Sequence record: DRR723986_6309
Direction: 5' to 3' (one strand)
DNA: 37,288 nt
Positions 1-10,908 of the stretch are shown piece by piece (the stretch's first letter is position 1; every line of letters starts with the position of its first letter). Under the pieces are notes generated by a model, which saw only the letters and a program-made list of their open reading frames with translations, had not been told where the DNA came from and ran no database searches. Position numbers and translations under genes: made by a program.

Positions 1-855
1 ATCCATTTCCACCAGCAGCTGGTTCAGCGTTTGCTCGCGCTCGTCATTGCCGCCGCCATAGCCTGCACCACGGTGGCGCCCCACGGCGTCGATTTCATCG
101 ATGAACACGATGCAGGGCGCGTTTTTCTTGGCCTGTTCGAACATATCGCGCACGCGGCTGGCGCCGACGCCCACGAACATTTCCACAAAATCAGACCCCG
201 AGATGGTAAAGAACGGCACGCCCGCCTCGCCTGCAATGGCGCGCGCCAGCAGGGTTTTACCAGTGCCCGGGGGGCCAACAAGCAACGCACCTTTGGGAAT
301 TTTACCGCCCAGGCGGCTAAATTTCTGCGGGTTGCGCAGGAATTCAACGATCTCTTGCAGCTCGTCTTTGGCCTCGTCGATGCCGGCCACATCCTCGAAC
401 GTGACGCGGCCATGTTTTTCTGTCAGCAACTTGGCCCGCGATTTGCCAAAGCCCATCGCGCCACCACGGCCACCGCCCTGCATGCGGTTCATGAAATAAA
501 TCCAGATCCCGATCAGCAGCACAAAGGGCAAGAGCGACAGAATAAAGGCCTGAAAGCCGCTTTGCTCTTGGCTTTCGGCGGTGACTGGAACGTTCTTATC
601 CAGCAGCAATTCGGTGATTGCGGCATCTTGTGGCTTGATCGTCACATAGTCTTTGCCATCCTCGCCACGAAAGCGCACACGCTCGCCATCCAAGGTGACG
701 CGGCTGACTTCCTCGGCCTCAACGCGCTGCACGAAATCGGAATAGCTGATGCTGGTGCTTTGCATGGTAGAGCCAGATCCGCTGAACAGATTGAAAAGCG
801 CAAGGATCAGCAGGAACAGGACCACCCAAAAGGCGATGTTTCTCGCGTTGCCCAA
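1..855 (-). CDS. ftsH: ATP-dependent zinc metalloprotease FtsH, 5' part (runs off the window's left edge)
   Basis: Manual minus-strand translation from TTG at 855 (SD AGGAG at 863-867): [24 protein letters not shown]...; Walker [18 protein letters not shown], ends [10 protein letters not shown] at position 1. Not listed in the ORF track because it is open at the edge. Confidence 0.97.
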   Translation of the reverse strand, partial: MGNARNIAFWVVLFLLILALFNLFSGSGSTMQSTSISYSDFVQRVEAEEVSRVTLDGERVRFRGEDGKDYVTIKPQDAAITELLLDKNVPVTAESQEQSGFQAFILSLLPFVLLIGIWIYFMNRMQGGGRGGAMGFGKSRAKLLTEKHGRVTFEDVAGIDEAKDELQEIVEFLRNPQKFSRLGGKIPKGALLVGPPGTGKTLLARAIAGEAGVPFFTISGSDFVEMFVGVGASRVRDMFEQAKKNAPCIVFIDEIDAVGRHRGAGYGGGNDEREQTLNQLLVEMD

Positions 856-909
856 GGAAATTCTCCTAACAATTTGGTGCCAGGAACATAGCGAACCGGC
901 ATGGGCCTA

Positions 910-936
910 AAATAGACATCATGGCCGGTTCTTCAA
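910..936 (-). promoter_or_regulatory. Putative RpoH (sigma32-type) promoter of ftsH
   Basis: Minus strand TTGAA-N16-CTATTT (equivalently TTG-N18-CTATTT) resembles the alphaproteobacterial RpoH consensus; ftsH is a typical heat-shock gene. Confidence 0.5.
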
Positions 937-943
937 TGGACAA

Positions 944-2203
944 TCACCCCAGATCTTGCGGATCGGCAAAAACATCCGGTGCTGGCGCCAGAATTTCTGC
1001 CCATTCAGGGCCATTTTTCGCCAATGGGCTGGCTAAAACGCTGTCATTTTGCCACAGCGCCGGCACCGCCAGGGCGGCTGCGCGGGGCAGCCCGGCCCGG
1101 CGCCAGCCCGCCACCTGCGCCAGCCCATCTGGCCCGTGGGCTGCAATATATTGCCCCGCCCCTGCCGCCGGATCTGGGGCAAAGTGCCAGCGCCCATCCC
1201 AGGGCTGGCCGGGCTGGGCGCGCAGCTGCGCCACCTGCTGATATTCGCGACACAGATGCAGCTGCCCCCGATGGCGCACCAGCAAGCAGCCTTGCAAGGC
1301 CCCTGCCTGCCCTGCCAGCACCGCCTGCACCATGGCCTGCATGGCTGCGGCACGCGCGCCATAGGGTGCCTGGCCGATATGGGCCACGGCCCGCGCCATC
1401 AGGCGGCGCTGGATCTCGGGGGGCAGGGCGGCAAAGGCTGTGCTGTCAAAAACCAAATTTCCCGCCAAGGGCCGCAAAACCGCCCGCGCGGCGTTTGATG
1501 TGAAACATTCCAATGCATGACGGGCCTGGGCCATATGCCCAGCCACCCGCGCCAGCCCCGCGCCATCAAGGCCCAGTTGCGCCAAGGCAGGCATGGCCTG
1601 ACGCAGCTGCACACGGTGAAACCGCGGATCGGCGTTGCTGGGGTCATCAACCCAGCCATGCCCCCGTGCGCCCAGCCACTGCCGCAGGGTGGCGCGGCCA
1701 ATGCCCAAAAGCGGGCGCACAAAATCCACCCCATGGCGCGCGCGCCGCGCGGGCATGGCCGCCAGCCCATCTACGCCCGCCGCCCGCGTCAGCTGCATCA
1801 GCACGGTTTCGGCCTGATCATCCAGCGTATGGCCCAAGGCCACCGCGGCGAGCCCCTGTTTTTTGGCCCAATCTGCCAGCAACCCATAGCGGGCCTGGCG
1901 GGCCTGATCTTGCAAATTGCCCTGGCCCCGCCAGCCCTGCCACAGCAGCGTGTCATGCGCCAGCCCCAGCGCCTGCGCAGCCCCGGCCACGCCTGCGGCC
2001 TCATCGGCCGAGCCGGGGCGCAAGCCATGATCAACCGTTGCCACAAAAAGGCGCACCCCGCGGGGGCCCCCCCACTGGGCCAAAAGATGCATCAACGCCA
2101 AAGAATCGCTGCCACCCGACACCGCGACACCCAGTTTTTCCGGGGCGTTGGGGCCGAAAAGAGATGTCAAAGCGCAGGCCAGCTGCGCTTGGATGTCGCT
2201 CAT
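944..2203 (-). CDS. tilS: tRNA(Ile)-lysidine synthetase
   Basis: PP-loop AVSGGSDS, VDHGLR, HTLDDQAET, RPLL, DPSN motifs; canonical position between cpoB and ftsH. Confidence 0.96.
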   Translation of the reverse strand: MSDIQAQLACALTSLFGPNAPEKLGVAVSGGSDSLALMHLLAQWGGPRGVRLFVATVDHGLRPGSADEAAGVAGAAQALGLAHDTLLWQGWRGQGNLQDQARQARYGLLADWAKKQGLAAVALGHTLDDQAETVLMQLTRAAGVDGLAAMPARRARHGVDFVRPLLGIGRATLRQWLGARGHGWVDDPSNADPRFHRVQLRQAMPALAQLGLDGAGLARVAGHMAQARHALECFTSNAARAVLRPLAGNLVFDSTAFAALPPEIQRRLMARAVAHIGQAPYGARAAAMQAMVQAVLAGQAGALQGCLLVRHRGQLHLCREYQQVAQLRAQPGQPWDGRWHFAPDPAAGAGQYIAAHGPDGLAQVAGWRRAGLPRAAALAVPALWQNDSVLASPLAKNGPEWAEILAPAPDVFADPQDLG

Positions 2204-3045
2204 GGGCAGCCGATGCGGTTGCTGGCCTCTAGCGCAAGCCCCACGGCAGGCGCCTGCGGAAAGCGCGCCACAACCTCGCCCAAGGTCACGCAGGCCTCTT
2301 GGGTTTGGCCCAAGGCGCCCAGTTTTTCGCCCAAACGATACAGCGCCTCGGGGGCGAAAGGCCCGGTTTGATCGGCGCTGAACGCCTCGAGATAGGCGCG
2401 CGCGGCTTGGGTTGGCTGGCCCAAACCATCCAAGGCCTCGCCACGGCGCAAATGCGCCTCGGGGGCCAGGGGCCCGCCGGGGTAGGTTTCGGCAAATGTG
2501 GCAAATTGCTGGGCGGCGGCCTGGTAATCTTGCGCATCCAGCAGGGCACGGGCGCGGTCAAAATCGGCCTGCTCGCCAATGGCCAGTTCTGTCACAGGCG
2601 CTGTGGGGGCCGGGGCGGCGGGGGCCGGGGCAGGCGCCGCATCGGCCGCAGGCACACCGCCCAACAGCGGGGTTTCGCCCAAACTGGCGATATCGCAAGC
2701 CGGCTCAAGCTCGCACAGCCGAAATTCCAAATCGCCAATCCGCGAGGTGCCATCGCGCACCACGCTGCCCACCCGAAACTCTAGCCGCTCGGTTTTCGCG
2801 GTCAGGCGCTGCAACTCGGCCTCGATGGCATCAAGGCGGGCCAGGGTTGTTTGCCCTGTCACGCTGGTGCTGGGCGCCCCGGTGGTGGAAAGCTCGCGCT
2901 GCAGGCGCTGCAGCTCGACGTAAAGTACGGTTAATTCCTGCCGGATATCAGCCAAGGTCTGATCGCTGGCCTGTTGGGCATGGGCAGGCATGGCCAGGGC
3001 CAAGCCCAGCCCAAAGACAGTGCTATGCACAAAATTACGCATCAT
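2200..3045 (-). CDS. cpoB: Tol-Pal system protein YbgF/CpoB (signal peptide, coiled coil, TPR)
   Basis: Signal peptide ending AHA, coiled coil, C-terminal TPRs (APEALYRLG...EACVTL); directly downstream of pal. Start taken at MMRN (3045). Confidence 0.92.
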   Translation of the reverse strand: MMRNFVHSTVFGLGLALAMPAHAQQASDQTLADIRQELTVLYVELQRLQRELSTTGAPSTSVTGQTTLARLDAIEAELQRLTAKTERLEFRVGSVVRDGTSRIGDLEFRLCELEPACDIASLGETPLLGGVPAADAAPAPAPAAPAPTAPVTELAIGEQADFDRARALLDAQDYQAAAQQFATFAETYPGGPLAPEAHLRRGEALDGLGQPTQAARAYLEAFSADQTGPFAPEALYRLGEKLGALGQTQEACVTLGEVVARFPQAPAVGLALEASNRIGCP

Positions 3046-3095
3046 ACGGCCCTTTTTGCTGCCCTGTGCCATGCCCATACGCCCCAATCGCCGGC

Positions 3096-3614
3096 TTAGC
3101 CGCTAAGACCCGCGGCCAAAACCGTAACAGCGCGGCGGTTTTTGGCATAGCATGCCTCGTCCGAGCACAGCTCAAGCGGGCGCTCTTTGCCATAGCTGAC
3201 AACGCGCAAGCGGTTGGCATCGATGCCGCGCGCCACCAGATATTCCTGCACCGCATTGGCGCGGCGCGCGCCCAGGGCCAGGTTATATTCGCGCGTGCCC
3301 TGCTCGTCGGCATGGCCTTCGATCACAGCGGTATAATCAGGGTTGGCGGCCAGCCAATTGGCCTGCCCATCCAGCACCAGGCGCGATTGCGTATCAAGGG
3401 TGGATTGATCCACCGCAAACAGCACCCGGTCGCCCACGGTTTGCTGGAAATAAAGCGGCGATGCCGGGTCGCTGGCGCTGCCGGGCTGCATGGCCCCTGC
3501 CCCGCCCAGCCCTGCGCCATCGGCGCCAAAACGGCTGGGGCTGCTGCATGCCGCCAGTGCCATCATCGTGCCAAACAGGGCTGCCCGGCCCGCTGTTCGT
3601 AGTGCAAGTGTCAT
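3096..3614 (-). CDS. pal: Peptidoglycan-associated lipoprotein
   Basis: Lipobox LAAC; OmpA-like domain IEGHADEQGTREYNLALGARRA, SYGKERP, NRRAV. Confidence 0.97.
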   Translation of the reverse strand: MTLALRTAGRAALFGTMMALAACSSPSRFGADGAGLGGAGAMQPGSASDPASPLYFQQTVGDRVLFAVDQSTLDTQSRLVLDGQANWLAANPDYTAVIEGHADEQGTREYNLALGARRANAVQEYLVARGIDANRLRVVSYGKERPLELCSDEACYAKNRRAVTVLAAGLSG

Positions 3615-3734
3615 TGTTAAATCCGCCTGTTCTGGATTTGGTGTTTTTATGCTCGTCTGCGCCCCTATTAACACAAGGGCGCAGCATTGTTAATCAATCT
3701 TCGGGCGCTCAGGCCCACAATGGCAAGCCCCCGC

Positions 3735-5072
3735 TTATGGCAACAGGGGCGACCATGCCGGGTCGCTGGCGCCGGTTTCGGTGCGCACGCGTTTCAGATT
3801 GCGCCCCGAGATATCCACCGAATAAAGGCTGGCCATGCCGCCTGCCCCTTGGGTTTCGCGGGTAAACATGATCACCCGGCCATTTGGCGCCCAGCTGGGG
3901 CTTTCATCCAGGAAACTGGCGGTCAACAGCCGCTCTTCCGAGCCATCCAGCCGCATCACACCAATGTGGAACCGGCCCTTGGATTGCTTTGTAAAGGCAA
4001 TCAAATCGCCCCGCGGCGACCACACGGGCGAGCCATAGCGCCCCTGCCCGAAACTGATGCGGCGCGCCTCGCCGCCCGTGGCAGGCATGATATACAGCTG
4101 CTGCGTGCCCGAGCGATCGGATTCAAACACGATCTGAGAACCATCAGGGCTAAAGCTGGGGGCGGTTTCGATCGAGGGCGCATTGGTCAGGCGCTGGGGG
4201 TTGGCGCCATTGAGATCCATGCGCCAGATATCGGTATTGCCGCCTTGGGTCAGCGAGAACACAACCGTGCGCGCATCGGGGCTGAACCGCGGGCTAAAGG
4301 CCATTTCACCGGCAGGAATGGGCAATTCGCGCCGCCCGACATTGGCCACATCCAACAGGTAAATGCGCGGAAAGCCGGTTTCATAGCTGGTATAAAGCAC
4401 CCGATCACCCGTGGGCGAAAACCGCGGCGCCAGCACGATTGTGGCGCTATCGGTCAGGTAGCTGGCGCCAAAGCCATCGTAATCCATGATCGCCAGGCGC
4501 TTTTTTCGCTCGCCCTTGGTGCCGGTTTCGGCCACGAAAACAACGCGGCTGTCGAAATAAGGGCCTTCGCCCGTGATGCGGGAATAGACCACATCAGCCA
4601 CCTTATGTGCCATGCGGCGCCAGCCCTCTTGGGTGCCGTCAAACTGCAGGCCATCGCCCATTTCCTGGCCTGCAAACACGTCATACAGGCGGAATTTCAC
4701 CGTCAGCCGCCCGCCACTGCCCAGCGCCACCGCCCCTGCAACCAGCGCTTGGGCATTGATCGCGCGCCAATCGGCAAATTGCACCGGGCTGGCAAAGCTG
4801 GTGAGGCTGCTGATAAAGGCGGTTTGGGGAATTTCCCGAAACAGCCCCGTGCCCACCAAATCGGCCGCCACCACCCGCGAGATCTGATCGGCCAGATCCT
4901 GCGCGCCGGCGGTTTCTGCCACGAAACTGGGCAGCGCAAATGGCAACGGCTCGATCACGCCTTCGGTGATTTCAATCCGCAGCGGGCCGCTTTGCTGCTG
5001 GGCCTGCCCGGGCACAGCGCCCAAGGCAAGCAGCGCCAAACAACACAGAAGGGACAGAAGGCGTTGCATCAC
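3735..5072 (-). CDS. tolB: Tol-Pal beta-propeller protein TolB
   Basis: Signal peptide, repeated P-x-F/W-S-P-D/N/T-G propeller motifs, C-terminal DPAWSP; tol operon context. Confidence 0.97.
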   Translation of the reverse strand: MMQRLLSLLCCLALLALGAVPGQAQQQSGPLRIEITEGVIEPLPFALPSFVAETAGAQDLADQISRVVAADLVGTGLFREIPQTAFISSLTSFASPVQFADWRAINAQALVAGAVALGSGGRLTVKFRLYDVFAGQEMGDGLQFDGTQEGWRRMAHKVADVVYSRITGEGPYFDSRVVFVAETGTKGERKKRLAIMDYDGFGASYLTDSATIVLAPRFSPTGDRVLYTSYETGFPRIYLLDVANVGRRELPIPAGEMAFSPRFSPDARTVVFSLTQGGNTDIWRMDLNGANPQRLTNAPSIETAPSFSPDGSQIVFESDRSGTQQLYIMPATGGEARRISFGQGRYGSPVWSPRGDLIAFTKQSKGRFHIGVMRLDGSEERLLTASFLDESPSWAPNGRVIMFTRETQGAGGMASLYSVDISGRNLKRVRTETGASDPAWSPLLP

Positions 5073-6223
5073 TTGATCCTCATCTTCTCGGGATTAAACG
5101 TCATCTCGATCTCTTGCCAAAGGGCATATTTTTCTGCTGGCAGGTCATATCCGCGCGTGCCGCAGCGAATAATGGCACGGCGCGCGCTGTCAAAGGCCTG
5201 CTGGGCCGATGCCTGCGACCCGCCGTTAAAAGACCGCATCCGAATACTGGGCACCACTGGTTTACCATCTTCGGTCATCGAAACCGAAACGACAACCGTT
5301 GTGCGCAAGGCATCGGTAGAAAGCGAGCCGACATTCCAACATTTTTGCACCGCCACGCGCAGCGCATCGCGTTCACCGGCCGAAATTGGCGGGCCGGAAT
5401 AGGCGGGCTGCGCGGCATCGGCGGGGGCTGCGGCATCGGCCAGGGCCTGTTGCAGCGCGTCTTGCACCGCATCGCGCGTGGTATCGGGCGCGGGCGCCTC
5501 GGCTTGGGGCTGGGGCGTGGGCTGGGGCGTGGGCTGGGCCACGGCCTCGGTGGCCTCGGTGGCCTCGGGGCGGCTGGGCCGCGCGCGTGGGCGCACAGAG
5601 CTGACGGGCGCGGCACTGGGTTTTTCGGCCGCTTCGGTCACAATTTCTGTGGTGGCCGCTTCGGGCGCTGTGGCCTCTTGCTTTTGCTGGGCAGGATCGG
5701 GGCTGGGGGCCGGGGTGGCGGCCTCTTGCACGATATCATCTACCTTGGTGTCAGGCTCGGGGGTTGCCACGGGTTCGGGCGCCACGCGCGGCGCAGGGCG
5801 CGGGCTGGGCCGATCCGAGATATCGGGCGCCAGCACGGCCTGCTCTTGCGGGGGCGGGGCAATCTGGGGCGGTGCCTCTTGCACATCGCTGGGCGGCACT
5901 GGCTGGGCTGCGGGTGGCACGGGGGGCTGTTCGGGGCTGGGCGCCGTGCTGGGCGCAGGTGCGGGCAGCGCGGCCGGCGGCGAGCTGACTGCAGGCGCCG
6001 GTTGCGGGGGGGGCGGCGTTTCGGGCGGCACGGGCAGCACCATATCTGTCACCGCGTCGGGCGGGGTGGTGCCGGCCAGCATCGCCTCGAATTCGGCGCC
6101 CGAAATCATGGCAACCTCATTCACCTGAAAAGGCTCGGGCGTGGGGGCGAAATTGGCACCGAAAAACAACCAGCCAATCAGCCCGATATGGCCTGCACCC
6201 GATATGACATGGCCGGTATTCAT
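5069..6223 (-). CDS. tolA: TolA (N-terminal TM anchor, Pro/Ala-rich linker, C-terminal domain)
   Basis: N-terminal SxxxH TM motif (SGAGH), long Pro-rich linker, C-terminal CWNV...ARRAIIRC...FNP; lies between tolR and tolB. Confidence 0.88.
   Translation of the reverse strand: MNTGHVISGAGHIGLIGWLFFGANFAPTPEPFQVNEVAMISGAEFEAMLAGTTPPDAVTDMVLPVPPETPPPPQPAPAVSSPPAALPAPAPSTAPSPEQPPVPPAAQPVPPSDVQEAPPQIAPPPQEQAVLAPDISDRPSPRPAPRVAPEPVATPEPDTKVDDIVQEAATPAPSPDPAQQKQEATAPEAATTEIVTEAAEKPSAAPVSSVRPRARPSRPEATEATEAVAQPTPQPTPQPQAEAPAPDTTRDAVQDALQQALADAAAPADAAQPAYSGPPISAGERDALRVAVQKCWNVGSLSTDALRTTVVVSVSMTEDGKPVVPSIRMRSFNGGSQASAQQAFDSARRAIIRCGTRGYDLPAEKYALWQEIEMTFNPEKMRIK
5507..5568 (-). repeat. In-frame tandem repeats in the tolA linker
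   Basis: GGGCTGGGGCGT about 2.7 copies (5507-5538, QPTP) and GGCCTCGGT about 2.9 copies (5543-5568, EAT). Confidence 0.8.
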
Positions 6224-6229
6224 GGCAGC

Positions 6230-6706
6230 CTAGTTACCCTGCCCATCCAGCCGTGGGCCGCCGGTATCGGTGACCAGCCCAATATTGGAAAATCCACCGC
6301 GGTTCAGCGCGCCCATCACTTCCATCACGGCGGAATAGGGCACCGCGCCATCGGCGCGCAAAAACACCCGGTCGCCCTGCCGTTCGGCCGCAATAGCCGC
6401 CAGGCGCGCCACCAGCGCATCGCGCGCCACTTCGGTGGTTTGGATCATCACCCGGCCATCAGCGGTTAGGGTCACAGACAGCGGCTCTTCCTGTTCGCCG
6501 GGCAGGCTGCTGGCTGCGGTTTTGGGCAGCTCGACCGGCACACCCACCACCATCAGGGGCGCCGCCACCATGAAAATAATCAGCAACACCAACATCACAT
6601 CCACAAAAGGTGTGACGTTGATTTCCGACATCGGCCGCGCCCGGCCCCCGCGTCGGCGGCGGCGCGACCCGCCCCCCGCCTCTTTTTGCATCACACCCGC
6701 GCCCAT
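6230..6706 (-). CDS. tolR: TolR
   Basis: SEINVTPFVDVMLVLLIIFMV ExbD/TolR signature. Confidence 0.96.
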   Translation of the reverse strand: MGAGVMQKEAGGGSRRRRRGGRARPMSEINVTPFVDVMLVLLIIFMVAAPLMVVGVPVELPKTAASSLPGEQEEPLSVTLTADGRVMIQTTEVARDALVARLAAIAAERQGDRVFLRADGAVPYSAVMEVMGALNRGGFSNIGLVTDTGGPRLDGQGN

Positions 6707-6709
6707 GGC

Positions 6710-7405
6710 CTAGGCATCCAGCTGGCGGCTGAGGATGGTGGCAAACTCGTCGGCAAAGGCCTCGTATCCGGCCACGATCTTATCGCTGTCGGCGGACAGC
6801 TTGTTATAAAAGATCACCGCAGGGATGGCAGCCAACAGGCCCAGACCCGTGGCCAATAGCGCCTCGGCGATGCCGGGGGCCACCACGGCCAGGTTGGTAT
6901 TTTGCTGCTCGGCAATACCAATAAAGGAATGCATGATCCCCCACACGGTGCCAAACAGCCCCACAAACGGCGTGACCGAGCCCACCGTGGCCAAAACCGG
7001 CAGGCCGCTTTGCAGGGTTTCGGCCTCTTTCGCAATCGCCACATCCATCGAACGATCGATGCGCGCTTGTGCGCCCGCGATAAAGCCACCATCGGTGCGC
7101 AAACTGCGCTGCCATTCGATCATGCCTGCGGCAAAGACCCGCTGCGAGGCCCCCGTTGGTTCGGGGCCGATTTGCTGAAACAGCTCGTCCAGCGGCTCGC
7201 CCGACCAAAAGGCGCGGTCAAACACTGCCGCCTCGGCCCGGGCACGGCGATAGGCCAGGGTTTTTTGAATGATGATCGACCACGACCAAAACGAGGCGCC
7301 CACCAGCATGAGCATCACAAGTTTAACGGTAATCGTGGCGCGCGCGAAAAGCGACCACATAGAGAAATCAATCTCTTGGGCCAGCGCAAGGGTTTCTGCT
7401 TCCAT
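6710..7405 (-). CDS. tolQ: TolQ
   Basis: PFVGLFGTVWGIM and VAPGIAEALLATGLGL MotA/TolQ/ExbB motifs. Confidence 0.97.
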   Translation of the reverse strand: MEAETLALAQEIDFSMWSLFARATITVKLVMLMLVGASFWSWSIIIQKTLAYRRARAEAAVFDRAFWSGEPLDELFQQIGPEPTGASQRVFAAGMIEWQRSLRTDGGFIAGAQARIDRSMDVAIAKEAETLQSGLPVLATVGSVTPFVGLFGTVWGIMHSFIGIAEQQNTNLAVVAPGIAEALLATGLGLLAAIPAVIFYNKLSADSDKIVAGYEAFADEFATILSRQLDA

Positions 7406-7538
7406 TTGCCTGCTCGTTGTTTCGCCCGGTTTTCCGGCGCTTTTGCAGGGCAGGTTATCGCATTTGGCTATGAAAGGCCACGCCCTTTCAGATCACATTG
7501 CCGGCACGGGCGGTTTCCTGCTGGTGGGGCTGGGCACA

Positions 7539-7925
7539 CTACCATTGGGGCAGGCGCACGGGGCGGCCGGCGGTGCTCATGCAGACAACCGTAACCATGG
7601 CGCGAAACAGCACCAAACCATCGCGGCGCACTTCCTGGCCCATCACCATGCGCGCGGGACGCTTTTCTGCCACCCAGGTGGCCACCTCTAGCAGGTCATC
7701 CAGCCGCGCAGGCGCCAGGTAATCAGCCTCGACCCGACGCACGGCGAAAACGATGCCCTCGACATCTTTCATGTGGTTTTGGTCAAGCCCCACGGCGCGC
7801 ACCCATTCGCTGCGCCCGCGTTCGATATAGCGCAGGTAATTGGCGTAATAGACAATGCCGGCCATATCGGTGTCTTCGTAATAGACACGCACAGGCAGGG
7901 TGAAAACTTGGGGTGTTTCGCTCAT
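7539..7925 (-). CDS. ybgC: Tol-Pal-associated acyl-CoA thioesterase
   Basis: VRVYYEDTDMAGIVYYANYLRYIERGRSE hotdog-fold signature; upstream of tolQ. Confidence 0.95.
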   Translation of the reverse strand: MSETPQVFTLPVRVYYEDTDMAGIVYYANYLRYIERGRSEWVRAVGLDQNHMKDVEGIVFAVRRVEADYLAPARLDDLLEVATWVAEKRPARMVMGQEVRRDGLVLFRAMVTVVCMSTAGRPVRLPQW

Positions 7926-7934
7926 GATGGCACG

Positions 7935-8501
7935 CTAGGCCCAGTTTGGCCCGGCAGCAAGGGGCACCGGGTAGGTTTCCAAAATTTCGTATTCTGCCCC
8001 GTCTTGGTGCAAGATCGCGCGATACAGCGCAAAGCCTGCCACGCTGAAAGGGGCCAGCGCCGTATCACCGCGCGCCGCCAAAAACCCACCCAGTTGCGAC
8101 AGCGCCTGTGGCCCCGGATGGCGGCCAAACCGGGCCAGTGTGACATGCGGGCGAAACCGGTTGCGCGCCAGATCGATGCCGGCGCTGCGCACCGCACGCT
8201 GAACGCGGGCCTGCAGATCGGCCAGGGGCGCGCCGCCATCGGCGCGGATATAAACCGCCCGGGGGGCGATGGGATCGGGCAGATCAAGCCCGGCCAAACG
8301 CAGCGAAAACGGGGCAACATGCAGCATTTCCAAAGACATATGCAGCGCGTCTAGCTGCGCCAAAGTGACATCGCCCAGAAATGCCAAGGTTAGGTGCATG
8401 TCGTCAGACGCCACCGCGCGCCCGGTGCGCAAATGCGCGGTAAGAGCTGCCAAATCATCGGCCACATGCTCTGGCATAGGAATTGCCAGAAAGGCCCGCA
8501 T
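7935..8501 (-). CDS. thpR: RNA 2',3'-cyclic phosphodiesterase (LigT/ThpR, 2H phosphoesterase)
   Basis: N-terminal MRAFLAI, two HxT motifs (MHLTLAFLG, FRPHVTLAR), C-terminal GAEYEIL. Confidence 0.9.
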   Translation of the reverse strand: MRAFLAIPMPEHVADDLAALTAHLRTGRAVASDDMHLTLAFLGDVTLAQLDALHMSLEMLHVAPFSLRLAGLDLPDPIAPRAVYIRADGGAPLADLQARVQRAVRSAGIDLARNRFRPHVTLARFGRHPGPQALSQLGGFLAARGDTALAPFSVAGFALYRAILHQDGAEYEILETYPVPLAAGPNWA

Positions 8502-9133
8502 CAGCTGGGCTGTGCCGCAGCCGCAATGCGGGCCGCCAGGCGCAATGCGATGCTGGGGTCTTGGCTGATTGCGGGCAACACCGGGTCGTAACTGGCGCGG
8601 ATCAGCGCGGCGATATCGGGGCGCAGCACGGTATGCCCCCCGGCCTGCGCCAGGGCCGAGCGATCGCTAAAGGCGCGATCTGACCATAGCAAAATGGTTT
8701 GCACCGCCTGCGACAGGGCCAGCACCTCGGCCGACACCTTAGACAGCTGCGCATCCATGCGCACAAAAACAAAGGCCGCCTTGATCGCGCCCTCGGGATC
8801 GAAACGAAAGGCGCGGTATTGGTTGGCATCAGCCGCAGCCAGCCGCGCCACCAGCGCCCCCAGATCGGGGATCAGCCGATCAAGATTGGGCACATCGGGC
8901 AGTTCGTCCCAGTCGCGCAGGAAAAACACCATCAGGTTGGCGCCCAATTCCGGGTCGGTTTCCACCATTTCATGGTCGGCCAGCGCGCAAACCGCCTCGA
9001 ACGCGCCTTTGATCACGCTCAGCGTGCCCTCTTCGGTGCCAAACACCACCGGCGCGATGGGCCGGCCCCAACGGGCAAACAGAAACTGCCCATCAGCGCG
9101 GGTGAATAACGGGGTAATCTCGTCGGCGATCAT
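8501..9133 (-). CDS. Hypothetical protein of unknown function (likely conserved in the family)
   Basis: 210-aa ORF with genome-typical codon usage and an acidic globular composition; stop overlaps the thpR start (TGATG); downstream of ruvB. Confidence 0.8.
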   Translation of the reverse strand: MIADEITPLFTRADGQFLFARWGRPIAPVVFGTEEGTLSVIKGAFEAVCALADHEMVETDPELGANLMVFFLRDWDELPDVPNLDRLIPDLGALVARLAAADANQYRAFRFDPEGAIKAAFVFVRMDAQLSKVSAEVLALSQAVQTILLWSDRAFSDRSALAQAGGHTVLRPDIAALIRASYDPVLPAISQDPSIALRLAARIAAAAQPS

Positions 9134-9189
9134 GGTATTGGGCCTTTGGTCGTCTGGTTTTCAGGGCCTATATGCGGGCGCGGGCGCGA

Positions 9190-10215
9190 TTATTCAAACA
9201 ATCCTTGCTGTGCGGGGGGCTGCGGCGCGGCCAGCCCCAGATGGGACCAGCCCTTTTGCGCCAGCATCCGCCCGCGCGGGGTGCGCTGGATCAGGCCCTG
9301 TTGCAGCAAAAACGGCTCGATCACCTCTTCCAGGCTATCGCGGCTTTCAGATAGGGCGGCGGACAGGGTTTCAATGCCCACCGGGCCTCCCTGATAATTT
9401 TCGGCAATCAGCGTTAAGTAGCGCCGGTCGGCCCCATCAAGGCCCAGCTTATCAACCCCCAGCCGCGTCAGCGCATGATCGGCAATGGCCCGCGTCACCC
9501 GGCCATTGCCCTCGACCAGCGCGAAATCGACCACGCGCCGCAAAAGCCGCCCCGCAATGCGCGGCGTGCCGCGGGCGCGGCGGGCAATTTCTGCCGCGCC
9601 ATCATCATCGGCAGGTGCCCCCATCAGCTGTGCATTGCGCGAAATGATCTGGTGCAATTCGGCTTGGGTATAAAAATGCAGCCGCGTGGGAATGCCAAAG
9701 CGGTCGCGCAGTGGCGTGGTCAGCAGGCCCATACGGGTGGTGGCGCCCACCAGCGTAAAGGGCTGCAATTCGATACGAACGGTGCGCGCGGCGGGGCCTT
9801 CGCCGATTACGAGATCAAGCTCGAAATCCTCCATCGCGGGGTATAGCACCTCTTCCACCGCGGGGTTCAGGCGGTGGATTTCATCGATAAACAGCACATC
9901 GCGCGCTTCCAGATTGGTCAAGATCGCGGCCAGATCACCGGCCTTGGCCAGCACCGGCCCCGATGTCATGCGAAAGCCCACGCCCAGCTCCTTGGCCATG
10001 ATCTGCGCCAGCGTGGTTTTGCCCAGGCCGGGAGGGCCGTGAAACAAGGTATGATCCATCGCCTCGCCGCGCTGGCGGGCCGATTGGATGAACACGCGCA
10101 AATTGGCGCGCGCCTCGGCCTGGCCGATAAATTCATCCAGGCCCTGCGGGCGCAGCGCGCGGTCGGCGTCTTCGGGCAAGGGGGCGGGGCGCAGCGTGGG
10201 ATCAGGGCTGGGCAT
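9190..10215 (-). CDS. ruvB: Holliday junction branch migration helicase RuvB
   Basis: [42 protein letters not shown]. Confidence 0.98.
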   Translation of the reverse strand: MPSPDPTLRPAPLPEDADRALRPQGLDEFIGQAEARANLRVFIQSARQRGEAMDHTLFHGPPGLGKTTLAQIMAKELGVGFRMTSGPVLAKAGDLAAILTNLEARDVLFIDEIHRLNPAVEEVLYPAMEDFELDLVIGEGPAARTVRIELQPFTLVGATTRMGLLTTPLRDRFGIPTRLHFYTQAELHQIISRNAQLMGAPADDDGAAEIARRARGTPRIAGRLLRRVVDFALVEGNGRVTRAIADHALTRLGVDKLGLDGADRRYLTLIAENYQGGPVGIETLSAALSESRDSLEEVIEPFLLQQGLIQRTPRGRMLAQKGWSHLGLAAPQPPAQQGLFE

Positions 10216-10218
10216 GGC

Positions 10219-10908
10219 TTATCCTTTTGGGGCCAGCAGGCGCAGGGCCGCGCGGATCAGCGTGGCGGTATCGGCATCGGGCGCATCGGTTGCCACCTGC
10301 GCCACGGCGGCCGCGCCTTCGGCAGGGGCATAGCCCAGGTTAGACAGGGCCGAAAGCGCCTCGGATTGTGCGGCGGCCTGGGCATGGGCGGGGGCTGTGG
10401 CAGGGGCTTTTGGCGGTGTTTTGGGCGCCTCGGCGATATCGCCGGCATCGAGCACATCGGCGGGTATGGGGGCCGCAGCCCCCGCCCCTGCCCCCATGGC
10501 CATAAGCGTGGGCGCCTTATCTTTCAGCTCGATCACAACGCGCTGTGCGGTTTTGGGGCCAATACCCTTGGCCGCTTTGATGGCTGCCACATCGCCCAGC
10601 GCAATGGCACGGCTGGTGCCCTCGGCGCCCAATGCCCCCAAAATGGCCAAGGCCGCCTTGGCCCCCACACCCTGCACCGTTAACAGCAGGCGGAACCATT
10701 CCTTTTCCAACAGCGTCAAAAAGCCGTAAAGCTGCAGCAGATCTTCGCGCACCAGCAATTCGGTATAAAGCGCCACCGCCTGCCCGGGGCCGGGCAGCTG
10801 GGCCAGGCTGCGATCGCTGCAAAAAACCAGATAGCCCACGCCGCGCACATCGACCAAGACATGGTCATCGGCACGATACTCCAGCCGCCCCGCGATTTTC
10901 CCGATCAT
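10219..10908 (-). CDS. ruvA: Holliday junction branch migration protein RuvA
   Basis: MIGKIAG start, GVGYLV, LYGF, HhH motifs GVGAKAA and GIGPKTA, C-terminal ALSNLGY; start overlaps the ruvC stop. Confidence 0.97.
   Translation of the reverse strand: MIGKIAGRLEYRADDHVLVDVRGVGYLVFCSDRSLAQLPGPGQAVALYTELLVREDLLQLYGFLTLLEKEWFRLLLTVQGVGAKAALAILGALGAEGTSRAIALGDVAAIKAAKGIGPKTAQRVVIELKDKAPTLMAMGAGAGAAAPIPADVLDAGDIAEAPKTPPKAPATAPAHAQAAAQSEALSALSNLGYAPAEGAAAVAQVATDAPDADTATLIRAALRLLAPKG

Noticed and set aside
31-891. 286-aa plus-strand ORF, and similar long antisense ORFs such as 3687-5402, 5114-6469, 14231-15580 and 24468-25514
   Set aside because: Shadow ORFs opposite well-supported genes (ftsH, tolB, tolA, MFS, ileS), expected in GC-rich DNA with strong codon bias.
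944-2203. Functional clustering of tilS with the ATA-containing ileS leader
   Set aside because: tilS is in its usual cpoB-tilS-ftsH position about 23 kb away; co-occurrence in this window is not evidence of co-regulation.
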